A DNA stretch of 64,000 nt from a virus, in the IMG/VR virus record IMGVR_UViG_3300030450_001823, positions 1-64,000 of that record. The stretch is one strand, 5' to 3'. The position numbers and the translations under genes were made by a program. Position 1 is the stretch's first letter, and each line of letters begins with the position of its first letter. The notes below the pieces were generated by a model. It did not search any database, was not told the DNA's origin, and saw only the letters and a list, made by a program, of their open reading frames with translations. This document shows, piece after piece, positions 1 through 9,145 of this stretch.

Positions 1-180
1 TGGACTGTTATTGACATGGAGAAGCCAACCGATGATGAGTACGAGACATTCATGTACGAGGTAGACGAGGCCGAGGATTACCTCAACGAACACACTGTCC
101 GACCCGACAACACATACTGGGGCTGGGCAGACGGAGACTTCGGCCTATGGCAATACGATGAAGAAGGTGAATTAATATGA
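1..180 (+). CDS. Acidic hypothetical protein, 5' end outside window
   Basis: Open frame from base 1 (WTVIDMEKP...YWGWADGDFGLWQYDEEGELI*); stop overlaps ATG at 177. Confidence 0.6.
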   Translation, partial: WTVIDMEKPTDDEYETFMYEVDEAEDYLNEHTVRPDNTYWGWADGDFGLWQYDEEGELI

Positions 181-461
181 TACACGGATTTGAAGAAGAC
201 CAAGTAGAGATGCAGAACTTTGGTGCATCACTTTGGAGAAAGTATGCAGAGATAGCGCACCTATTAGATTACTTACCTAAGAGATTAGAAGAACACATAC
301 GAATACAAGAAGAGTCAGGCGGTTACTCTTCTGCATTCGGTAAGCAGTGCGTCAAAGATTTCCGAGACTGCGCTGGTCAAATAACTATGGGGATATATAA
401 CCTCAAGGTACTCGCCGAGTTACTCAACTGGCGTGTAAAAGATTGGGAGGTCATCGAATGA
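177..461 (+). CDS. Hypothetical protein
   Basis: 94-aa ORF, AGGTGA RBS, ATGA coupling to next gene. Confidence 0.6.
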   Translation: MIHGFEEDQVEMQNFGASLWRKYAEIAHLLDYLPKRLEEHIRIQEESGGYSSAFGKQCVKDFRDCAGQITMGIYNLKVLAELLNWRVKDWEVIE

Positions 462-587
462 ACTTCTTCAAGCGCACAGTCTATAGAATACTAGACCCAA
501 AGCCTGTTGTTACACGGCATGGTATAGCAACGCCTACTCTAGTCAAGGCTAAGGGTAGACAAATTGAGGTGGTCTTTCTAATCGACT

Positions 588-620
588 GACTGAGGACTAC
601 CCCTTATGAATAAACAAGAG
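588..620 (+). promoter_or_regulatory. Conserved early promoter motif, copy 1
   Basis: GACTGAGGACTACCCCTTATGAATAAACAAGAG; matches six other copies, all upstream of + strand gene clusters. Confidence 0.75.
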
Positions 621-640
621 ATAAATGAGAGTGATTGAAA

Positions 641-1144
641 ATGATAACAAAATGGATAAAGAACAAGATGAGAAAGATGATGAGCGAACTGCTTGACGAG
701 GAGCATGACCGTTTGGTACTAGAAGTAGAGGGTAACATTACCATACCTGATGCAGAAGATGTAGCACAGAACATAGACATTGATGAAATCGTAGGTAACT
801 TAGACTACGAAAATATATCAGGTAACATTAGCACATGGGACATAGTCAATGAGTTAGACATCTCCGAGGTAGCATATGAACTAGACGCAGAGAATATAGC
901 GGGCTACTTAGATATAGACACTGCCGACATCGAGGTAGACTACGATGAACTCGCTGCTTATGTAGTAGAAGAACTCGACCTAGATGACATAGCGCAGCGT
1001 GCTGATGTAGACAAGACAATCTTCTCGCACATACACATGCTTGAGACAAAGGTTGACGCACTCATCGAAGTAGTTCGTGACTCGGCCATGAACACACTTG
1101 ACTTGATGACATTCAACAAGGCACTAGAAGGTGAGGAACAATGA
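641..1144 (+). CDS. Very acidic protein with ~9-residue (I/L)D.. repeats
   Basis: NIDIDEIVG/NLDYENISG/ELDISEVAY/ELDAENIAG/ELDLDDIAQ; ATG 641 follows GAGTGA RBS (track start 635). Confidence 0.7.
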   Translation: MITKWIKNKMRKMMSELLDEEHDRLVLEVEGNITIPDAEDVAQNIDIDEIVGNLDYENISGNISTWDIVNELDISEVAYELDAENIAGYLDIDTADIEVDYDELAAYVVEELDLDDIAQRADVDKTIFSHIHMLETKVDALIEVVRDSAMNTLDLMTFNKALEGEEQ

Positions 1145-1410
1145 GACACGGATTTAGAACAATGGATGAGATAAGAGATGGCATGTCACACATGCTTGAT
1201 GGTAAAACAATGATGCACCTTACAGGTTACGGTAGTTGGACTTACACTGTTGCGGTAGCACAGGAGTTAGTCGATACAATAGACGACACTGACTACTGCA
1301 AGGAAACTTTACTTTGGGCATTCGACTATGCCTGTGGTGGAACATGGGAGTTTGTAGTAGCGGCTCTCAACATACTGATAGACGCATGGTTAAATGATGA
1401 GGAGGAATGA
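1141..1410 (+). CDS. Hypothetical protein
   Basis: 89-aa ORF, ATGA-coupled on both sides. Confidence 0.6.
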   Translation: MRHGFRTMDEIRDGMSHMLDGKTMMHLTGYGSWTYTVAVAQELVDTIDDTDYCKETLLWAFDYACGGTWEFVVAALNILIDAWLNDEEE

Positions 1411-1889
1411 ATATGATAAACGAACTAGACCTAATGGAAACACACTGGAATAACTACAAACAAGACTACACAACCGAGGAAATCATACTAGCCTCGCACT
1501 TAGGTGTAGACATAGATGATGCCGAGTCATACATTAACGACGATGACTACTTGGTTCTCACAGACGAAGAGGCTGACGAAGCAGTGCGTGAAGAGATAGA
1601 GCAATTGGTATGGGCATTCAATCCATCCTTCCTATGTGCACACACGAATGTATCAGAAGAGGCAATCAAGAAGATACAGGAATTGCACGAGGATGCAAAC
1701 GATGCACTTGCTGAGATGATAAAGGACTTCGATGAGTTTGTCGAGGATGCTGTAGCATCTGATGGGCGAGGACATTTCCTTGCTGGCTACGACCACGAAG
1801 AGAACGAAGTCCGTTACCTATCAGTGGTGCGTGATGGACTGTGCTACAAGACCAAAGAGACATACTACTACATCTACAGGAGGAACTGA
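1407..1889 (+). CDS. Acidic hypothetical protein
   Basis: 160 aa, D/E rich, GGAGG RBS. Confidence 0.7.
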   Translation: MNMINELDLMETHWNNYKQDYTTEEIILASHLGVDIDDAESYINDDDYLVLTDEEADEAVREEIEQLVWAFNPSFLCAHTNVSEEAIKKIQELHEDANDALAEMIKDFDEFVEDAVASDGRGHFLAGYDHEENEVRYLSVVRDGLCYKTKETYYYIYRRN

Positions 1890-1953
1890 ATATGAACGAA
1901 CCGATTATAATTATAGAGACAGACGAATACATTTACTGGGAGTATGATGAAGC

Positions 1954-2232
1954 ATGAACAGAATAGACTACGAACTAGCCGAAGCACTGAACACACCTCA
2001 ACAGTGGATAGCAGTACAGCAAATGAAAGAAGAAGCCAAGGAAATGCTATGGCGTTACAGAGAAATGATAATTGATTTCATAACCTCAACGAATGCGATG
2101 GACTTACCTCTGTACACACAGGATGAACTCATTGACAAATTGAAGAGCGGTGCGTCATACAATTGGTGGGTAGGCGAGTGCTTACCATCGGACCATGTAA
2201 TCAACACTGGTATTTACGGAGAGGAGGAATGA
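1954..2232 (+). CDS. Hypothetical protein
   Basis: 92-aa ORF ending GEEE* at junction repeat. Confidence 0.6.
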   Translation: MNRIDYELAEALNTPQQWIAVQQMKEEAKEMLWRYREMIIDFITSTNAMDLPLYTQDELIDKLKSGASYNWWVGECLPSDHVINTGIYGEEE

Positions 2233-2234
2233 AC

Positions 2235-2375
2235 ATGAATGAAGAAAAGAAATGTGGTATGTGTGAATGCACAAGTGCAGGGCAGTGGATTAAATCATGG
2301 GATGGATGGACTTGCGGTGCATGTATGCAAGAGATGAAAGATATGGTAGACTTCGATTCGCAGAATTGTTGGTGA
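2235..2375 (+). CDS. Zn-finger microprotein (CxxC...CxxC)
   Basis: MNEEKKCGMC...WTCGAC; start placed after GAGGAGG RBS. Confidence 0.55.
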   Translation: MNEEKKCGMCECTSAGQWIKSWDGWTCGACMQEMKDMVDFDSQNCW

Positions 2376-2540
2376 TAATATGAATGAAGATGAAGAACTA
2401 TACAAATACGCAGTGGATGTCATACAGATGCTAGATGCACACGGTCTAGGTAACACTTTGCTAAGAGAAGTTACTGACTTGATATGCAACTACAACTATG
2501 ACATCAAGGCTGCCTATGAAAGAGCGAGGCTTTATAGTTA

Positions 2541-2573
2541 GACTGAGGACTTATGGTTATAAATAAACAAGAG
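2541..2573 (+). promoter_or_regulatory. Conserved early promoter motif, copy 2
   Basis: GACTGAGGACTTATGGTTATAAATAAACAAGAG, followed by ATAAATGAGAGTGATTGAAAATG identical to copy 1. Confidence 0.8.
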
Positions 2574-2593
2574 ATAAATGAGAGTGATTGAAA

Positions 2594-2794
2594 ATGAGAC
2601 AGAATAAGAAGAGAGCAGCAAGCGGTAGATACAAAGCAAAGTTTACAGAGAGGATGACAGGTAACAAGGCGTTAGTCAGAGAGGTAGTTAGAAGTGGCTA
2701 CACACTTGAAGATGCAAAGGCATTAGTCAAGCGAGCAACGCATGAAGAAGTAAGAGCATTGTTATCAGCACAAGTAACACAAGAGGAGGAATAA
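2594..2794 (+). CDS. Small basic hypothetical protein
   Basis: First gene after promoter copy 2; K/R-rich N-terminus. Confidence 0.6.
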   Translation: MRQNKKRAASGRYKAKFTERMTGNKALVREVVRSGYTLEDAKALVKRATHEEVRALLSAQVTQEEE

Positions 2795-2796
2795 AT

Positions 2797-3423
2797 ATGG
2801 CATTAATAGTAGGAATAAAGAACGGGACAGACAAAGGATTTACAGAAGATGAGGTTAAACTAACCAACTCATTCGGCATGGGTGTACTAGCGATGGTAAC
2901 TGGTGTCGGTAACATTGGTGGCAAAGAGGATGGATGGCGTACTCGCATCTCTGTACAAGAAGTACATGATAGATTTACAGTAGCACTTGAAGCACTTGAA
3001 CTCTTTCAAGACCAAGAACCTGTGAAAGAAGTCATCACACTAGACTTCGTACAGCGTATGGCTGATGCAGACTGGTCTTGTAATGTAAGTAATGAACCAA
3101 AAGAAGAGTTCCTTTACAAGATGGCAGGTCAAGTGATGAGCAAATTACTCAGCGAGACTCGTACAGAAACACTAGGTACGCACTACAACCAAAAGTCTTG
3201 GGATAATTTACACTCACGAAGAGAAAGTGTAAGGATGCTGGTTGGTATGTTACTGTCAGAGGATGAAGACGAGGACTACTACATGACCGATTGCATAGAC
3301 TCAATCGTACACGACTTTGATTTCTACGATGACAAAGAGTTCTATGGTAACAAGTACTTGTACTACAATGAATCAACTAACGCTTACACACTGGTAAACG
3401 AAGTACCAAAGGAGGAGGAATGA
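2797..3423 (+). CDS. Hypothetical protein
   Basis: 208-aa ORF with GGAGG RBS. Confidence 0.7.
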   Translation: MALIVGIKNGTDKGFTEDEVKLTNSFGMGVLAMVTGVGNIGGKEDGWRTRISVQEVHDRFTVALEALELFQDQEPVKEVITLDFVQRMADADWSCNVSNEPKEEFLYKMAGQVMSKLLSETRTETLGTHYNQKSWDNLHSRRESVRMLVGMLLSEDEDEDYYMTDCIDSIVHDFDFYDDKEFYGNKYLYYNESTNAYTLVNEVPKEEE

Positions 3424-3782
3424 ATATGAATAAAGAACAAGCAATAGAGAAACTGAAAGAAGAAATCAAGCCTAACGACATACTGTACACACAACTACAC
3501 CATGTCACGAAGTCAGGTATGACAAGATACATAGGAGTAAGAGTAATCAAAGACGACTACCCTTACGACTACACTTACCTTGTAGCAAAAGCACTGGGCT
3601 GGAAAACCAGTGAGAAGTATAACGGTATCAAAGCCGGAGGCAGTGGAATGGATATGGGATTCCATCTTATCTACAGTCTTGGCATGGCACTGTGGCCTGA
3701 TGGTACACCTGAGCCTCATGGTCAGCGCAACGGTGAACCTGATTCTTGCGGCGGCTACGCACTCACACAGAGGTGGCTTTGA
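3420..3782 (+). CDS. Phage-type hypothetical protein (SGMxR...GMDMGF motif)
   Basis: HHVTKSGMTRYI and GGSGMDMGFHLIYSLG resemble a recurrent uncharacterised phage family (from recall). Confidence 0.65.
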   Translation: MNMNKEQAIEKLKEEIKPNDILYTQLHHVTKSGMTRYIGVRVIKDDYPYDYTYLVAKALGWKTSEKYNGIKAGGSGMDMGFHLIYSLGMALWPDGTPEPHGQRNGEPDSCGGYALTQRWL

Positions 3783-3784
3783 AT

Positions 3785-5128
3785 ATGACAATGAATAATT
3801 TATTACAAAAAGGATTGATGAAGAAGAGAAGCGCAGAGATTGAACAATGTTTCCAAGAATGTATAGGTAAGCATGGTCGCAGTTGGTACAGACAAAAGGA
3901 CCTACCTGTTATGCAGGGTGCTATACTTGACACCCTCTACGATGCGGGCAAAGGTGCGACACTAAGACCGGTCGATATGTTGAACAGTAACACTCGGTTG
4001 GCTTGGTTAGTAGATAATGACATAGTGAAATATCAATCACTACCCAAGAGAGGTAACGAGAGTTGCGGTCACGACGAGTACGATGGTACAAGTTACGCGA
4101 TGTATGAATGTTCTCTGAGAATAGACTGGAGCGGTCGTGCAAGAGTAACTCAAGATGGAGTGAACTCTTACTACAGAGTGGTAGATAGAGAACAGACTGA
4201 GGCAAAGAGAAAGGAATGGGTGGATAGGTCTTGGGAGGAATTGAAATCCAAGTACACACTTGCCAAGATACACGAAGGCGCTGACTTGACGGATGAGCAA
4301 GTGTATGAGAATACCAAGCACCACTTTGTATCAAGAGACAGCAACCCTGTTATTTGGTACGATGTCTTTGCTACATCTAGTTACAAAGGCGAGTGTGCTT
4401 GGAAAGACACCGATAGGTACTGTGACTTTCATCAACAAACTCGACATGAAGCCGTGCTTGTCTATTACACCAAAGGTGAATGTCGGTACATAGATGAACT
4501 AACTGACTTACCACAATGGCTCAGAGACAACACTGATGATGACAAAGTGCTGGCCTTGATTAAGAAGACCATACCTAAGATGAAGACAGAGGCAAGAGAA
4601 TGGTTACAGTCTACCTATGAGAATAGCGAACCTGTCACTGACAGCGAAGGTAACAGGAAATGGGTCACTACCCGTCACGGTAAGCGAGGTCAGTACTCAC
4701 TTACTTGGTGGAATCAAATAGAAAGAAGACTATCTCAAAACGCACAGCGAGCCACTGACAAAGGTAGAGAAGGTACAGAACTAAACGGCTGGTTATTCAC
4801 CTGCGGGCGTAATGGTGATAACGGCGAATGGGAGACTATCGACAGTATTTACAAATACTATGTGGGCGGCACGAGAGGCACGACTTGGACTCAGCCGAAG
4901 GGAGCCTTAGTGTTTAACAGTAAGGAACACGCAGAGCAAGCCGTAGATATAATTTCTAAGATACCGGGTAGAATAATTGCTCATCACGAATCTAGCGACC
5001 TTCTTATAGATAAGAGAAAGGTAAGGATACGGTTGTCAAACAAAGGCGACCCTCTAAAGTATACGCCTAAGCAAGCATGGGATTTGATATGCTCAGGAAA
5101 AATAGTCGATGACATAGGGGGGTATTAA
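3785..5128 (+). CDS. Hypothetical protein (~447 aa)
   Basis: Long ORF; likely ATG 3785 (track start 3746); no recognised motif. Confidence 0.7.
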   Translation: MTMNNLLQKGLMKKRSAEIEQCFQECIGKHGRSWYRQKDLPVMQGAILDTLYDAGKGATLRPVDMLNSNTRLAWLVDNDIVKYQSLPKRGNESCGHDEYDGTSYAMYECSLRIDWSGRARVTQDGVNSYYRVVDREQTEAKRKEWVDRSWEELKSKYTLAKIHEGADLTDEQVYENTKHHFVSRDSNPVIWYDVFATSSYKGECAWKDTDRYCDFHQQTRHEAVLVYYTKGECRYIDELTDLPQWLRDNTDDDKVLALIKKTIPKMKTEAREWLQSTYENSEPVTDSEGNRKWVTTRHGKRGQYSLTWWNQIERRLSQNAQRATDKGREGTELNGWLFTCGRNGDNGEWETIDSIYKYYVGGTRGTTWTQPKGALVFNSKEHAEQAVDIISKIPGRIIAHHESSDLLIDKRKVRIRLSNKGDPLKYTPKQAWDLICSGKIVDDIGGY

Positions 5129-5130
5129 GG

Positions 5131-5634
5131 TTGGTAGAAATATGCAGACGAGCATTCCCTTTGACTCCTTCACCTTGGTTAGCAGAGATGTCTAACCATA
5201 CAGTAGCAGTAAGCAAGATGATGGATGTAGACAGTGCGAAGGCACACTGGCAAATCGTAGAACACAATGGTACTAAGTGGATAGAAGCAAGGAGCCATGA
5301 CAGTAGAGGCGAGGTAACAAAAGCCCATCGTGCCTTAGTTGGTATGGCTACTGCTGTAAGTGAGTACCCTATACTTGATGAGCACGAGTACCTCAGTGAT
5401 GAGTACCGTCTATCAATCGAAGCGATAGCGACTATAGCCAAGCGAACAGGCACTATCATAGATTCATACCATGACTTATTCGTAGAACTCTTTGACACTC
5501 AGATTGAGATAATAGAGGATGAGCCGATGAAATACATTGTGATGATGAGTGATGATGAGTTTGTTGATTTTGTAAAATCGCTGGACTCAGAAGTTCCGGC
5601 TATAAATAAACAAGAGAATATGGAGGTTGATTAA
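5131..5634 (+). CDS. Hypothetical protein; C-terminus overlaps promoter copy 3
   Basis: 167-aa ORF, YPILDE motif. Confidence 0.55.
   Translation: MVEICRRAFPLTPSPWLAEMSNHTVAVSKMMDVDSAKAHWQIVEHNGTKWIEARSHDSRGEVTKAHRALVGMATAVSEYPILDEHEYLSDEYRLSIEAIATIAKRTGTIIDSYHDLFVELFDTQIEIIEDEPMKYIVMMSDDEFVDFVKSLDSEVPAINKQENMEVD
5584..5616 (+). promoter_or_regulatory. Conserved early promoter motif, copy 3
   Basis: GACTCAGAAGTTCCGGCTATAAATAAACAAGAG. Confidence 0.75.
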
Positions 5635-5636
5635 AA

Positions 5637-5927
5637 ATGAGAATGACAAATGAGAACAAAGGATGGATGAGGAGTGCCCTTCAATTAGGCGAAGATAACA
5701 TGATATTGTTCAGTGAGAAATGCTGGCATTGGATTTCCGACTCTTGGATAAACACACCACTACACGAGCAGTGTAACTTCTATCAGAAGTATGTTGAGTT
5801 TGGAGGCGAAGATAACTTGGCATACGATAATGAAGAAGCACTAGAGAAAACGATTGAGTACGCCCATGATAAGATAATGGATTGCTTTAGTGAAATAGAC
5901 AGAAGACTCAACTTAACGGAGGAATAA
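5637..5927 (+). CDS. Acidic hypothetical protein
   Basis: 96-aa ORF with GGAGGT RBS after promoter. Confidence 0.65.
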   Translation: MRMTNENKGWMRSALQLGEDNMILFSEKCWHWISDSWINTPLHEQCNFYQKYVEFGGEDNLAYDNEEALEKTIEYAHDKIMDCFSEIDRRLNLTEE

Positions 5928-6262
5928 ATATGACAAAATATACAATAAAATATGAAGCAGAAGACTACTATGTAGAAGACGAATGGCCGGACTTGGATGG
6001 TACAAAGATATTTACCAACAAGGATGCAGTGATAATGCATTTGCTCTTAGTAATAAAGGCGAATTGTCTCTTTGACCCAATATACAAGGTGATAGAATGA
6101 ATAGAACATGCGTACAGTGTAACCAAAGTGAAGGTACTACCAACTGCGATAAGTGCGGTCAAATGACATGCCGTACTTGCTGTACCTTCATACCTATGCC
6201 TAAAGGCGAATTACAAATCAAACACACTGGTTGTGTGAGAAAAAGGAACGGAGGGAAAAACA

Positions 6263-6526
6263 ATGCTGTTTGAATGCGGGTTCTGCGGAGAGCAAGGTAT
6301 GCAATTAAACGAAGGTAAAATGCTCACACCTTGGCATCCTACACAACGAGATGTCGACATCATTGACATGAAATGTATTCTATGCGGAGTGCATGAGCCT
6401 TGCGAATCTGATGACCTCGCTGGATTTATGATGGAGATTTTAGGCGAGAAAAACTATGGCAAGGCTATGGTAAAGGCACTCAAGATACTATGGAAAAACG
6501 AACACATGAAGGAGATGATTGAATGA
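6263..6526 (+). CDS. Zn-ribbon protein
   Basis: CGFC...CILC. Confidence 0.6.
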   Translation: MLFECGFCGEQGMQLNEGKMLTPWHPTQRDVDIIDMKCILCGVHEPCESDDLAGFMMEILGEKNYGKAMVKALKILWKNEHMKEMIE

Positions 6527-6807
6527 TTGACACAGATAAATACGAAGGACATACAGAAGGCGAATGGAGATGGTACGAAGGAGCGAGACATAAATCGCTC
6601 ACTGGTAGTATGAGGTTACTGATGTTCGCAGAGGATGGAAACAACGAGCATCCAAAGCCAGCAGACGCAGCACTCATAGAAGATGCACCAAAACTTCTAG
6701 CCGAAGTCAAGCGGTTGCGTAAAGGTATCATCGACATTGCTGACAAATGGGAGCGACCATCTATTTTACGGGGCTTTCTCAAGGAGTTAAAGGAGTTGAT
6801 TGAATGA
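6523..6807 (+). CDS. MIDTDKYEGH-family protein 1
   Basis: MIDTDKYEGHTEGEW...DAPKLLAEVKRLR. Confidence 0.85.
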   Translation: MIDTDKYEGHTEGEWRWYEGARHKSLTGSMRLLMFAEDGNNEHPKPADAALIEDAPKLLAEVKRLRKGIIDIADKWERPSILRGFLKELKELIE

Positions 6808-7109
6808 TTGACACAGACAAATACGAAGGACACAACCTTGCTAAAGGTAGGGTCGGTAGTAACTACAACATATACGATAGAAAAGGTAACATCATCTTTG
6901 ATGCCGATAATGTGGGTAGTAACATGGCTACACTAAACTTGTTAGCAGACGCACCACTTCTCCTTGAGTTTATTCAAAAGATAGTCAAGGATTGGTGCAA
7001 GCCTAACCAATGCAACCAAGCATTCGGTAAAGATGTAAGGCAACTAATGTATGAGTATGGGCTTATAACATTCAATGAAGAAACAAGAAGATATGAGGTG
7101 AAAGAATGA
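6804..7109 (+). CDS. MIDTDKYEGH-family protein 2
   Basis: MIDTDKYEGH...LLADAPLLLE. Confidence 0.85.
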   Translation: MIDTDKYEGHNLAKGRVGSNYNIYDRKGNIIFDADNVGSNMATLNLLADAPLLLEFIQKIVKDWCKPNQCNQAFGKDVRQLMYEYGLITFNEETRRYEVKE

Positions 7110-7450
7110 TTAACACAGACAAATACGAAGGACACACACCTGCGCCGTGGACTATAGCCGAGGACATGCAAAGTGTAATGATACCAGCGAACCATCAAAG
7201 CGTGGATGATATGAGTCCTTACATTGGTAGTGGTGCAAACGCACAACTCATAGCAGACACACCACTTCTCCTTGAAGCATACAAGCGGTTGCGTGAGGAT
7301 AACAAGAAATTACACGATGCAATCAACGGCTGTGCCTACGCCAACATGCAGGGTTCAGCACATGACTTGTATTGCGAGAGCATCGTTGAGCGATGCCCTA
7401 CTTGCTATCAAAACATAGACGACATGGAATGTGGATGTGAGGAAGAATGA
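7106..7450 (+). CDS. MIDTDKYEGH-family protein 3 (Cys-rich tail)
   Basis: MINTDKYEGHTPAPW...LIADTPLLLEAYKRLRE...CPTC. Confidence 0.85.
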   Translation: MINTDKYEGHTPAPWTIAEDMQSVMIPANHQSVDDMSPYIGSGANAQLIADTPLLLEAYKRLREDNKKLHDAINGCAYANMQGSAHDLYCESIVERCPTCYQNIDDMECGCEEE

Positions 7451-7893
7451 TTGACACAGACAAATACGAAGGACACAGCACAGGATGGAAGCACAAGATA
7501 AACCACAGCACATACGGTATCATCAATGATGATGGGCATAAGGTTGCGAGTATAGGTGCTTGTGAAGATTGGCAAAAAGATAAGAGTCACATAGACTCAC
7601 AACTCATAGCAGACGCACCACTTCTCCTTCAAGCACTGATAGATGAGCGAGCAGAAGTCAAGCGGTTGCGTGAAGGTATCGAGCAGTTGGAAGAGCAAAC
7701 TTGGCAAGCCAATGAAGAAGTCGAGCGGTTGCGTGAAGCACTCATCACTGTTCAACGCTCACTTATTTGGTCTGTAGATGCTAGGTCTATGGATGGCGAC
7801 CCTATCACACTTGAAGCACTTGTCGCTCAAGTTGAGCAAGTGCAAAGCGACATAACTTATGTTTGGCTTAGAGGTGAAACCTATGAGTTTTGA
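7447..7893 (+). CDS. MIDTDKYEGH-family protein 4 (duplicated EVKRLRE)
   Basis: Constant blocks present; EVKRLRE and EVERLRE in tandem. Confidence 0.85.
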   Translation: MIDTDKYEGHSTGWKHKINHSTYGIINDDGHKVASIGACEDWQKDKSHIDSQLIADAPLLLQALIDERAEVKRLREGIEQLEEQTWQANEEVERLREALITVQRSLIWSVDARSMDGDPITLEALVAQVEQVQSDITYVWLRGETYEF

Positions 7894-8113
7894 CACAGAC
7901 AAAGAAGTAAAAAACATACTGTTTGATTTAGGCGTAGAAGGAAATGAATATGGAGACTTAGTTGAATACATATCTAACTTACTCGCAGAAGTCAAGCGGT
8001 TGCGTGAAAAGAATGACGAACTCTTGGAATACTTTTACACATACGAAGGGCTGGAGGCTTGGTTAGATGAAAACCACTACCAAGTCCTTACTGATTGGAG
8101 AGATGAACAATGA
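7883..8113 (+). CDS. MIDTDKYEGH-family protein 5 (degenerate)
   Basis: MSFDTDK...LLAEVKRLRE; ATG 7883 after GAGGTGA. Confidence 0.75.
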   Translation: MSFDTDKEVKNILFDLGVEGNEYGDLVEYISNLLAEVKRLREKNDELLEYFYTYEGLEAWLDENHYQVLTDWRDEQ

Positions 8114-8442
8114 TTGACATAGACAAATACGAAGGACATACAGAAGGGCCTTGGAAACATGTGTATCAGCCTTGGGGTGGAATTGATTACATTATGAGTC
8201 CACATGAGGACTGCGTTGCTAAAATAGACAATGGCGACAAGAGTTCTGCGGAGAACAGAGCCGATGCACTACTTGTAGCAGACGCACCACTTCTTCTTGA
8301 AGAAGTCAAGCGGTTGCGACCAATGGCTGATGAATTGATTGCGATATGGGAGATACTTGAAGAAGATTACCCCCAAGTTGATAGGGCTATTGTAAAGGAA
8401 TTGATTGAAAGAAAAATAGGAGATTATGAGGTGATTGAATGA
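8110..8442 (+). CDS. MIDTDKYEGH-family protein 6
   Basis: MIDIDKYEGHTEGPW...ADAPLLLEEVKRLR. Confidence 0.85.
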   Translation: MIDIDKYEGHTEGPWKHVYQPWGGIDYIMSPHEDCVAKIDNGDKSSAENRADALLVADAPLLLEEVKRLRPMADELIAIWEILEEDYPQVDRAIVKELIERKIGDYEVIE

Positions 8443-8699
8443 TTGACACAGACAAATACGAAGGACACACACCCGGTCAGTGGTCGGTGACATCAATCCG
8501 TGACGGAAGCATACCTTGGAACACGGCTGACGAGGAACTGTGTGCAGACGCACCACTTCTCCTTGCAGAAGTCAAGCGGTTGTATGAATGGATTGAACGA
8601 GCAGGTTCTATGGTCGCACAAAGCGGTTATTTGCTCAATGCACTTACAGAAAAGCATGAAGCCACCAAGATATTCTTAGAAGAGGTGTTTGAAGAATGA
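8439..8699 (+). CDS. MIDTDKYEGH-family protein 7
   Basis: MIDTDKYEGHTPGQW...ADAPLLLAEVKRL. Confidence 0.85.
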   Translation: MIDTDKYEGHTPGQWSVTSIRDGSIPWNTADEELCADAPLLLAEVKRLYEWIERAGSMVAQSGYLLNALTEKHEATKIFLEEVFEE

Positions 8700-9145
8700 T
8701 TGACACAGACAAATACGAAGGACATACACCTGTGCCTTGGAATGTATCGAGAGGGCAAAGGAACACAGTTCTGATTGAATCAGAAACATTAGGTTGTAGT
8801 GATTGCGAGAGTGCAGACATATACACATACGCAAACACAGGTGGTAAGGAGATACAATTTCCTAATTCCGTTGAACCTGCTCCCTTTACTTTACAAGAAG
8901 AAAAGGATTGGCGAATGGGCTATCAAATGTATTGCCCTTCATGTGACTTGTTAGATTGGGCAACGCCTATTGATGCTACGCAGAACGACACTGACCTTGA
9001 ACTCATAGCAGACGCACCACTTATCCTTGAAGAAGTCAAGCGATTGCGTGAAGCGATTGCTGATATTGCTACCAACATGGAGGCGGCAGACCCGTCATAT
9101 TTGCAGGGATTCATTAAGGATTTACTAGAGGTGATTGAAAGATGA
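8696..9145 (+). CDS. MIDTDKYEGH-family protein 8 (Zn-ribbon insert)
   Basis: Variable region holds CSDC...CPSC. Confidence 0.85.
   Translation: MIDTDKYEGHTPVPWNVSRGQRNTVLIESETLGCSDCESADIYTYANTGGKEIQFPNSVEPAPFTLQEEKDWRMGYQMYCPSCDLLDWATPIDATQNDTDLELIADAPLILEEVKRLREAIADIATNMEAADPSYLQGFIKDLLEVIER

Larger units (their letters stand above)
6511..9145 (+). repeat. Tandem array of 8 modular paralogous genes with shared nucleotide blocks
   Basis: ATGATTGACACAGACAAATACGAAGGACA-like block at 6523, 6804, 7106, 7447, 8110, 8439, 8696 (degenerate at 7883); second block GCAGACGCACCACTTCTCCTTG..GAAGTCAAGCGGTTGCG present in whole or in part inside each. Confidence 0.9.

Noticed and set aside
5069-5089. KQAWDLI as a third AWxxLK leader
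   Set aside because: C-terminal, lacks LK, and lies on the + strand.
6523-9145. Diversity-generating retroelement
   Set aside because: No reverse transcriptase in the window, and variable parts are non-homologous rather than adenine-specific variants of a template.
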